Assembly: GCA_030324005.1 (NCBI GenBank)
Contig: JARDVH010000097.1
Coordinates: 40,870,448-40,934,447, forward strand
Direction of reading: 5' to 3'
Source: Negaprion brevirostris
Taxonomy: Eukaryota
DNA: 64,000 nt
Shown: positions 53,901 through 64,000 of the stretch, piece by piece
How positions within the stretch are numbered: the first letter of the stretch is position 1
Layout: every line of letters starts with the position of its first letter
The notes under the pieces: generated by a model
Databases searched by the model: none
Told to the model about the DNA's origin: nothing
What the model saw: the letters and a program-made list of their open reading frames with translations, nothing else
Program-made: the position numbers and the translations under genes

Positions 53901-55494
53901 AATAGGAGAAAAGAAGAACTGATAAGTGCAACTGTCTAAAGGGGTGTTTTGATAAATTATTGTAGCAGTAGGAAAACAAGTGTTTATCTAAGTAACTTGG
54001 AGTACAATGTTAGCAAGTGTGAGGTTATCCACTTTGGCAGAAATAATAGTAGGAGGGACTACTATTTAAAGGGCGAAAAGCTGCAGCATGCTACGGTGCA
54101 GAGGGANNNNNNNNNNNNNNNNNNNNNNNNNNNNNNNNNNNNNNNNNNNNNNNNNNNNNNNNNNNNNNNNNNNNNNNNNNNNNNNNNNNNNNNNNNNNNN
54201 NNNNNNTCTTATTGAATGGCGGGGCAGGCTTGAAGGGCTAGATGGCCTACTCCTGCTCCTATTTCTTATGCTCTTATGTTCTTGAAGAAAACTAAGGTAT
54301 ATAGAAGTAGGTGTTGGAATGAGAGAAGAGTTGAGTTCAAAATGCTGAGAGAAGAATCTGATTTGCATTTAAATGCTAAAAGCCTGGTCTGAGATGTTAT
54401 TAAAATAGCATAACATCAAAGGGAAAGGGCAGTAAAACTGTAGGAGAATAGCTGACTACAGCAGGAGAGAAATGCCTATGGTCAAAGCCACACCCAGCTG
54501 GAGAAAGCTGTCTCTCAAGTTATTGCTCAAAGCTATTGTTTTAAAAACTCTAATAGAGAAGAACCATGACATGGAACTGAAGAAGGTCTATCACCCACCT
54601 GTGGGTGGTAATCATATACTGGATTTAGATCATAAAGTTATATAATATTGGATGTTGTTTGGGAAAATGGGCATTTCTCAGAGTTCAGGAAACGTAGATA
54701 ATCGGGAACAACGATAAAATTCATGAGATACTATGTATGTATAGCCGTTATTGTAGTTAAGTGTATTGTTGAGTGTATTATAGTCCTTCTTGTAAGTTTT
54801 CTTTTAAGTCAATAAATATTCTTTACTAATTGATTACAACAAAGTTGGACTGTTTCTGATTGAGCCTATTTTTTCTCAAATTCTGCAAATGGAAAATATA
54901 TACCACTAATAACCAGTGTTCCAAATTACCCTTCTGGCTTTTGGGACATCCTCGAATTTAACATCAATGGAGTTCTTAACAAAAGGGAAAGAAGAAAAGT
55001 CATATGTGCATTTATATAACACCTCACCAAATCTCTGAGAAATATTCCAAATTGTTTCACATATCTTTGAAGTACTCGTGATATGTAGAGGAATGAAGTG
55101 GAGATTTTGGTTTCAACCGAGGCACCTATCAGACTGTAAGCAGTAATCACTAGGGTGGGGGGGAGGTGGCACAGGAATCACAATCACCTCTCCATTAAGA
55201 CCAATTAACATTTTTGAAAAGCTTGTTAAGAGATTGTCAGGGATCCAAGGTAAAATTTTTGAGGGGTAAGGTCGGTTATGCATATTTTGAAAAACAGATC
55301 ATCTGAATGGGGACAGCTACTTAGTGGAGAGCCAGCTATAGTTGCAATGTCAATGTTGCTAAGGACAACGGAATGGCTACCTGCCTAGAAGGAAGGCTCC
55401 AGCTAGCAATAGGAGCTTGGCTTTCAGATCTTGGGCTCCGAGTGGTGGTGAGGAGCAACTCCCTTTGTAGGAAAGAGTTAACTGGACTAGCTAA

Positions 55495-55970
55495 ACATTT
55501 GGCAACAAGAACAGGTCTGAGGTTAGGAATCCTGCAGAGAGTAATTCATCTCCTGACTCCCCAAAGCCTGTCCACAATCTACAAGTCAGGTGTGCGATGG
55601 AGTACCCTTCCCTTGTCTAGATGAGTGCAACTCCAACAACACTCAAGATACTTGACAAGCATCTAGGACAAAGCAACCCAATTGATTGGCACCTCATTTA
55701 TTCCTTCTGCTATCGATGCACAGTAGCAGTAATTTGTACTATCTCTAAAGTGCACTGTAAGAACTCACCAAGATTCCTTAGAAGCACCTTCCAAATCCAC
55801 GACCACGACAACAACAGCAGCTACATTGGAACGTCACCACATGGGAGTTTTCCCTTGAAGACACTCACCATTCTGACTTGGAAATGTATAGCCATCCCTT
55901 CACTGTCCCTGGGTCAAAATCTGGGAACTTCCTCCTGAACAGCAGTTAGCAACGTCCACACCCCATGCAT
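55495..55970 (+). mobile_element. 3093-type LINE fragment
   Basis: ggcaacaagaacaggtctgaggttaggaat...ctcctgactccccaaagcctgtccac matches 3288-3780. Confidence 0.75.
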
Positions 55971-57286
55971 GAATTTTAAAAAAGGCAGAACCAGGTATCA
56001 CGTTGGCAGGGAAGCGGAAAGAAGTGCATGAAGAAAACGCAGGCCAAACAGCATAATCTGCTGATAGAGCTACCTGGAGCTGACTGAGAATAAGTGCTGC
56101 AGAAGATTGAGACTCTTCAAATGATGTGACAGATACTTGTGCATTCATAGCAATTAGCTGTCAAAGTCACTTATGGCCTTGAACTTCTTCACTTCTCAAT
56201 CCTTCCAAGAATCAGCTATGAGCCTTCATATCATGAAAGATTGGTTGCATACCTCTTCATCTCACTAGTCACTGATGCTCTCTTTGCCAGCGCTGGATAG
56301 CACATTCATTCAATGAATGTCTCAATAGACACAAAGCATTGGGTTTTGCCTCCACTGCTGGATTCCTCTAGGTGAAAGGCATCCATTGACTGGTCAGTAA
56401 GATCCATCAATTCCCAAAATGGGAAGATAGATTCTAGCAGACAATGGAAATCTCTTGAAGAGATGGTTAGTGAACTCCGTACAGGAGACTGAGGCAGAGA
56501 CAATACTACCAATGTTGCCTGCTTAGCAGCACAACAGTTGAGTAGACCATTGGACTTCTGAAAATGTGATTCCAGTGAGTGGTCCAATAGGGTAGTGGCC
56601 TTCAATATTCTCCTGCAAGGATCTCGGTCATTTGTAGCATGTATATCAAATTGTTAAAAAAAGTGAGATAAACTGTCAATTCATGTCATTTGAGGGAGAA
56701 GTAGTGGTCAGGCCACTGGGGGAAATACCTATTCTTCTCATTGTGTAAACATCTTCCACTTTACCAGAGAGAGGTGAGCTGTCACATGGGAGTTGGAGCT
56801 CTGGCACCCAGGGAATAGCAGACTCCCACTTCTTCAATGCTGGCGTAGGTCTAATGTTGGAGATTGTGAGGGAGAGAATAGTTTCTTTTCTGGGACAATG
56901 GCAGGAAGATGTTGGGGGGAGGGGGGATGCTGACCTCATTCAAAGCTCATATGCAGTGTGGTCATTCTCCATGCCAACCTTGACATCTCAAAAGCAGCCC
57001 TTTGCCTAGTGTTCTGTTGCCCTTTGCACTACTGTTCTTTTTCTAGGGCTGGAATATGCCCTGGGGAAGCCACGAATGGCTCCACGCTTGTGCCTCTGGT
57101 CCANNNNNNNNNNNNNNNNNNNNNNNNNNNNNNNNNNNNNNNNNNNNNNNNNNNNNNNNNNNNNNNNNNNNNNNNNNNNNNNNNNNNNNNNNNNNNNNNN
57201 NNNNNNNNNNNNNNNNNNNNNNNNNNNNNNGTCACTTAACGGCTGGCTTGTGATTCCACTTGATATCCATGCTTATGTGTTGCAAA

Positions 57287-57460
57287 CACAGTAAGAAGTC
57301 TCACAACGCCAGATTGAAGTCCAACAGGTTTATTTGGTAGTAAATGCCACTAGTTTTCGGAACGCTGTTCCTTTGTCAGCTGAGTGGGGAGTTGGACTTT
57401 AACCTGGTGTTGTGAGAGTTCTTACTCTGTTTACCCCAGTCTGACACTGGCATCTCCAAA
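57287..57460. mobile_element. Head-to-head Penelope-like insertion with a 14-bp TSD
   Basis: Flanked by TTATGTGTTGCAAA at 57273-57286 and 57461-57474. The two arms are inverted copies of the same terminal sequence. Confidence 0.75.
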
Positions 57461-58094
57461 TTATGTGTTGCAAAACCAGACAGCTATATTTTTTTGATAG
57501 GAACAGCCTGTCTAATCCTTGTCCTGCAAACTCTAAGGTGTTTCTGTTGCTACCTCGAAGAATGGTGTCACCAGCCCCTTCCTGTGCTGTCAACCCATAG
57601 TGGTGGAGTCGTTATTTTGATTGGCGATCTTGTTGCTTGACGAAATATGTACCAGAGTATTTTTGAGCGCATCAAAATAAGTCTGGACTATAATTGCAAA
57701 CAACTGCACAGCAGCAGGAACATTCCATGCTCTAAGTGTGTTTTCTCTTAATGCCTTACTCCTTGCAGATACTTCTGTTGGAGATCGTGAATAGCAAATT
57801 AGGAAATACAATGGTACAGCAGTTAGACAGCATCTGTTTCTTGACTTTTGTTCANNNNNNNNNNNNNNNNNNNNNNNNNGGAGATTCCACATATTAAGGC
57901 CACCTTGCAACATTTTGTGCCACGAGACCAGTAGTTCCAGGAGGTATTCATGCTTATGAAAACCTTCCTTATGCATTGAATTTTGAAACAAGTCAGCAGG
58001 ATCTGTGACCAGGCTGCACCACTAACACAACAACGACGAACATTTCTTTAAATCACTAACCCTTCCATATCCTCACCCATGACTACTTGATTAT

Positions 58095-59340
58095 ACTCTG
58101 GCTACATGAGCAGGCCAGAGTCTGGGAATTCTGCACCAGCTCACTCCCCAAAGTCTGTCTATGATCCAAAAGGCACAAGTCAGAAATGAAATGGTATACT
58201 CTCCACTTGTCCAGCTGAGTGGAGATTTGGGTGGCACGGTGATACAGCGGTTAGCACTGCTGCCTCATGTCGCCAAAGAGGGTTCAACTCCAGCTTCTGT
58301 CTGTGTGGAGTTTGCACCTTCTCCCCCAGTCTGCATGGGTCTCCCCCCACCCACATACACACACACACAGTCCAAAGATGCGCAGATTAGGTTGATTGGT
58401 TATGCTACATTGATCCTCATGTCAAGGGGATTAGCAGGGTAAGTGTCTGGGGTTACGGGAATAGGGCCTGGGTGGGACTGTAGTCGGTACAGCCTTGATG
58501 GGCTGAATGGCCTCTTCCTCTACTGTGGAATTCTATTCTGTGATTCTATGAGTGCAGCTATTTTCAGGTACTTCTGCTGGAGATTGATCAAGAAGCTGAA
58601 CACTATCCAGAACAAAATAACTTGCTTGCTGGACACTCCATTCACCACCCTAAAAATTCTCTCCCTCATTTCATTACCAGCATACTGTGGCAACAGTGTG
58701 CATTGTATGACATTTAAATTTTATTTATTAGTGTCACAAGTAGACTTACATTAACACTGCAATGAAGTCACTGTGAAAATTCCCTAACCACCACACTATA
58801 GCACCTGTTCGGGTACACTGAGGGAGAATTTAGCATGGTCAATGCATCTAACCAGCACATCTTTAGTACTGTGGGAGGAAGACAGAGGAAACTCACACAG
58901 ACAAGGGGGGGTGGGGGGGGAGGAGAAATGTGTAGGCTCCACACAGACAGTGATCTAAGCTTGGGTCCCTGGCGCTGTGAGGCAGCGGTGCTAACCACTG
59001 TGCCACCCAAAATGCACTGCAACAATTCACCAGGGGTTCTTTGGCAGCACCTTCCAAACCCATGACCTGTAGCACCTATAGGAAGGTGAGCAGATGCTTG
59101 GGAACATCATAAGCTGCAATCTCCCCCCATCAAGCCTGATTTAAGTACATTGCTGTTCTTTCAGTGTCGCTGATTAAAATCCTGGAACTCCGTTCCTGAC
59201 AGCACGATGGCTGCAAATACATCACATGGATGTTTGCAATTCAAGAAGGCAGCTCACTACATTCTCTCAAGACAGTTAGGAACGAGCAATAAATGCTGGC
59301 CAAGTCAGTGATGCCTACATTCCGTGCAAGAATAAATAAA
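58095..59340 (+). mobile_element. 3093-type LINE fragment carrying two nested SINEs (about 58230-58547 plus, 58724-59008 minus)
   Basis: The LINE sequence resumes collinearly after each SINE. Both SINEs have ggttagcac.gctgcctca heads. Confidence 0.8.
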
Positions 59341-59590
59341 CGGATGTCAACACTGCTGTTTGCTTCAGGTTGTGTGGGCGACATAAAATGCTGGGGTGTA
59401 CATGACATTCCCACAGTATTCCCAGCTTTCACCATTCTGGACTTGTGGCCTTTTGTTTTTACAAAAGTGCACATGATGAACACCTTGCTATTTTTATGCA
59501 TTCCATCATTGAAATGAAAGCATTTTAAATAGAAGTTCTATCTCAGAATGCGATTATTGTTCTGAATCAGATGATGGCGCAAATCATTGA

Positions 59591-60753
59591 TGCAGTTAAA
59601 GTATGCAATCCCAGGAACATTGTAATCTCCACAAATTTTGTGGCTTCCCTGACATTTCACAGCCTGGCCTTCCAGCTTGACATTCATAACAATGAACTCA
59701 TGGCACTTTAAAAGCATTTTGAGCCTGTTTTCTCTGCGTCTCCCTGTTGTGAAGAGAGCGATAATGGCAGTATATCTCTGACTCCTCTGTTCCAAGCATG
59801 GCTGTCATCAGCTTTGTTGAGGACTTCACATAGGCACACATCTGCGTTACACAATTACTACTTTCAAAAATCCAATCAGAGTCCTTTACTGTACATAGGG
59901 TCTTGTCACAATTTGGAGGTATCAACAGGCTGTGCATGCAGTAGCCCAACAAGCAGTTCTTAAAGTAACTGCTACAGGTCATTCAGAAAAAATATACAAG
60001 TTGTCATTTTAAAGAGAGGAACATACAGACATTTTCAGCCTGTTGCTTCTCATCTGTGCCCTCCCTCCATCACATCACAATTACCTACTCCAACCCTCTT
60101 TAATTCATGGCTCTGTGAAGGAGATGCCAGATTTCACAATCACCCCCAATAGATAAGCTGCTTTCAGTATTCACAAATCAATAATAATGGGGCTTGGCTC
60201 TTAACTTTCTGTGACTGGTTGCTCCATTGTGCATTAATTTTAAACATAAAAGTTACAAAGATGCATTACGAATGCAATTGGATGTTTCAACAAGCATGCT
60301 AACTAGTACAGGACATACTGCTGTCTCTGAGTCTGATAAATTGGATGAATCTATTTTAGATCAATGATCAATAGAAGAATGATGTTAAAACTGATGTCGG
60401 AAAAAAACACATTAATGTCCCTTCTCCCACATTTGAAAGATATTTCATCATACATTCAGCACTATGAATACATAATTAAATTAACCCTATAAATTGGTAA
60501 AAATAGAACTTGCTACTGCTTCTTTCTCTTATTTTCTGTCAATTGTAATTTAAAGCAAATAAGTTATACAGTTCGTAATAAATGAAGTAAATTACATTTT
60601 AATTGATGTTTCACATCGAGTTGCCTTATACGAAATTAGCTAAGTAATTGCAGTTGAAGTATGCAATTCCAGGAACATTGTAATCTCCACAAATTTCGCG
60701 GCTTCTCTGAAATTTCACAGCCTGGTCTTCCAGCTTGACATTCATAACAATGA
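59591..60753 (+). repeat. 105-bp direct repeat pair (59591-59695 and 60649-60753)
   Basis: Ungapped manual alignment, 7 mismatches in 105 bp. Confidence 0.92.
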
Positions 60754-62414
60754 TCATATCACATTCAATATGTCCTAAAACATTATAGAAACCTACAGCA
60801 CAGAAAGAAGCCATTCATCCCATCGAGTTATGTATGATTACATTATGGTAATTAATAAATAACCAAATGCAGCTGCAGATCACATTACATTTCTCACCCA
60901 CCCAATCTGTAATGTGCACTGTGATGAAAGTCGCCAGGACTGATCAGAGAAAGCCACAGTTCTAAGCATGATGAATTGTTCCACTAGACTAGACATCCTT
61001 TTTCTATTTGTGATTTTGCTTTGACTTCTGTTGGTTGACTTTACATTTATCTTTTTTCATCTTGTTCCACCAGAGAGCAGTTCCTTCAGTTAAATTTTGA
61101 CAAATAAATATAGTGCTGACCTGCTGCTCTGAACATTATTAATTTAAAGAGCATAATCCTTAGAAGATTTACAAAACGTCAGCATAATTTTCTTATGTTT
61201 GTTACAATTTAAAGCTTACAAGATTAATATATTTTGGGACACTAGTTTTAAAATGTAGGGTAAAATGTAGGACAGGTCAGATGGTCACCTGACCTGTCCG
61301 ACAATCTGCTTGAAAGTAAACTCAGGTGTTTTTATTGTTACAGACCAAAGAAAGGCTTAGAATGTTTTACTAAGAAGAAGGTGCAAGCCATATGTGCTTG
61401 GAGATAATGGCAGCAGTTTCTGAGTTTACAATGAGATTTCTCCAAAAGGCTAAGAAAGGTGTTGTAGGTACCAGGTTGTAATGCTTGTGCTGTAAACTGT
61501 GCGCTTACTATTAAGACAAAAGGGAGTGGAGGTCAAGAATAGTTAACACACAATTCCACCTAATCCAAGATTAATTTAATAATCATTAAAAAAGGCTTTA
61601 CTGCTGGTGGTGGATTTAAGAAATGCAGTGAAAACTGAGGAAAGTGCCTAGAAACAGTCAACATTACGGCTCAGTGAAGTAGGAATATGGGAACCATTTG
61701 GAAGCTGGAAGCATTTATAGTCTTTCTGTGATTAGGGCTGGAATTTGGTGGGGAGTGTGATGTGTGGTAAGTATAACAGGGGAAAATTTTTCTTTGTAGT
61801 TTTAAGTACAAGTTGCCTCCAAAAAAGAAAAATAATGCTTAGTCAAAGGTGCTTTTAGTTACTTGTTATAGCAAACTTTTCAAAATGAAAACTTGATGTA
61901 TCGTTCTTTTAACTATTAACTGGACAATTGTTCTTTTAAAAAGAAAGGTTAATGGTCTCCAGGGAGATCACAACATTATTTAATTGCTGTCAGGCATTGG
62001 CTTGAATTCTTTGGCTGTTCATGCCAGGGGAATTCTCAAGTCCCACCAGCAGTGGGTTTCCCGGTGGTGTGGGGTGCGATCACCTCCTGCTGCTGAGAAA
62101 CACGCAGCTGGGAGACCAGAGAATCCTGCCTATTATTAACTTGTACAGTGCATGTTTATTACGGCTTTAAGATAAATATTTCACAAAATGCTTCCACTTC
62201 CATATATTTTTGTTCCATATTCCTAGACACTAAAAAAGCTGTACAACTTATCTCTCACATAAAAAAAATACATTAATTAAAAAACAAATGTCAATTAGTC
62301 CAAAAATGTGTATGTGGGTGTGTTGTGTATGTGCATAGTATAGGGTGGTTTGTGTGTGTGTGTGCATGTGTGTGTGTGTAATTTTATGTGGTGTGTATCA
62401 TGTTCAGAATTCTG

Positions 62415-62995
62415 AGGGATCCAGGTATTCTCGTGCATGTGTCACAAAAGTAATTAAGAATGTAATATAATGTTATCCTTTATTACGAGAGGAATCGAAC
62501 ATAGAAGTAAGGCTGTCTTACTTCAGTTACACAGGGCATTGCTGAGACCCCACTATGTGCTGTTTTGGTCTCCTTATTTAAGTAAGGGTGTAAATGAATT
62601 AGAGATGGTTCAGAACAAGTTTACTAGATTGATACCTGGAATGAGTGAAAGATTGGACACATTTCCACTGGAGTTTAGAAGAACGAGGGATGACTTGAAT
62701 GCAGTATACTGAACAGTCTTGACCAGATGGATGCAGAAAGGATATTTCCACACAGATGAGGAAATTTTTTTCTCCGTGAGAGATGTGCAACTTTGGAATT
62801 CTCTGCCTCAGGTGCTGGTGAACGCAGGGTGAATGAATATTTTTAAAGCAGAGACAGATAAGTTATTGTTAGATAAGAGAATCATTTGTAGATGGGAATG
62901 TGGAATTTGAAATACCAACAGGTCAGCTATGATCTTGTTGAATTGTGGAACATGCTTGGCAGACCAAAAGCCTACTTGTGGCTCCTCTTTTATCT
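62415..62995 (+). mobile_element. CR1 3' fragment
   Basis: ORF 62470-62712 MLSFITRGIEHRSK.VLLQL.RAL.RPH...FWSPYL...LE.VQ.KFTRLIPGM, followed by a CR1 3' UTR. Confidence 0.85.
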
Positions 62996-63476
62996 GTTTG
63001 TATTGTTTTTGTAAGATTTTAAGCTTTTGGTCCTTTCTGTTTAATGCTGAGGAAACATAGGCAGGTCCAGACATCATTAAATTGCATAGGATGATCTAAC
63101 CATTGCAAGCTTTCCACATGATATCCGCCACTTCAGAGGTCAAACAAAGTCATCTATGAAATAAAGCTTTTACCACATTCAAAAATGGAATTAGTATTGA
63201 AACATATTTTGCCTACCCTGCAAATCCTACTCAGAATCAGCATTTAGAATCACCATATCTGTAGGCTAAATCTATTTTGAAAATTGCTTTATAATAGTAT
63301 AATGCTATTATTCATTCCTTCATTAACTCACTCTCATATGCAGGCCCCTCAGCTTTAGAAAATGATTAATATCAGTGATGAGGCAGCAGTTTCACTGATG
63401 CATTAAAAAAAAATAAACTTACTTAAGACTCATCTAAATATTGCTCCATGAGCTGTGCAGCCGTCAGGAAGGATAT

Positions 63477-63601
63477 GGACATCTTTGTTACAAACTTGTC
63501 ATGCAAGTCCTCTGGTGGAGGAAAAGTTTCTAAATCCTTTTCGAGCTGTTGAAGCTGTTTCTCCATCTGCTTAAGGTTCTTCTCCAAGTTTTCTACACAT
63601 A
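63477..63601 (-). CDS. DIAPH3: Diaphanous-related formin 3, internal exon (FH2 domain, C-terminal part), 125 bp
   Basis: Acceptor ttttgtcttccttttatag. Translates (V)CVENLEKNLKQMEKQLQQLEKDLETFPPPEDLHDKFVTKMS, which matches the recalled DIAPH3 segment LETFPPPEDLHDKFVTKMS. Ends in phase 0 at ATATCCTT. Confidence 0.95.
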
Positions 63602-64000
63602 CTATAAAAGGAAGACAAAATTAAACCTTTTAACCTGCGTAATATGAGAAAAAAATAAAGTGAACTGTTTTTTAATTATTGCAATGATAAATTCAGTATT
63701 GTGCAAATAGTACAGTCAATGTGACTTCCTTCCAGATTTCAGGGAAAGCAAGTTGTATGAATATGCCATTGTGCTCACATCATTGCAACATAATTTAACC
63801 CCAAAACAGCTAGGCGAATGAGAGACACCCCCATCTCCTTTGAGAAATCATTTGATTTTGTTTGCAGCTCATGTACTGAGGCACTGAACTGAACATCAGT
63901 AACATAAAACTACTGAAACATCAGGGACAGTTTTATGACTGCAAAATTTTATCTATAAAACAATAAGTGACTAAAACACTACTTTGCACCAAACATTCAA

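Larger units (their letters stand above)
45439..63476 (-). other. DIAPH3: U12-type (minor spliceosome) AT-AC intron, 18,038 bp
   Basis: 5' end ATATCCTTCC at 63476. Branch site TTCCTTAAC at 45457-45449. Terminal AC at 45440-45439. No polypyrimidine tract. The join restores the frame ...TKMS|RFAR... Confidence 0.95.

Noticed and set aside
61254-61975. Possible solo LTR (TG...CA); similar candidates at about 36860-37510 and 54280-54930
   Set aside because: No matching TSD or second copy visible, so too uncertain to call.

Overview
Eukaryotic genomic DNA, AT-rich, repeat-dense and with many N gaps. The SINE, CR1, Rex1 and Penelope-like repeat complement points to an elasmobranch (shark). The only supported gene is the 3' part of a Diaphanous-related formin, DIAPH3, on the minus strand. 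Four exons splice in frame (63601-63477, 45438-45274, 44669-44534, 33653-33558) and encode the end of the FH2 domain and the DAD motif ([20 protein letters not shown]). The first two exons are joined by an 18,038-bp minor-spliceosome (U12) AT-AC intron. That intron overlaps a possible major-spliceosome route: a GTAAGT donor 54 nt downstream, directly after an in-frame TAA, and a CAG acceptor 2 nt past the AC. The rest is intronic: decayed LINEs (CR1, Rex1/Babar, RTE, Tx1), tRNA-derived SINEs, Harbinger-type elements, head-to-head Penelope-like fragments with hammerhead-ribozyme-like cores and 14-bp target-site duplications, and two local duplications. Nearly all ORFs in the supplied track are spurious or transposon remnants. 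Repeat boundaries and family names were judged by eye and are approximate. No wholly new biological system is demonstrated.
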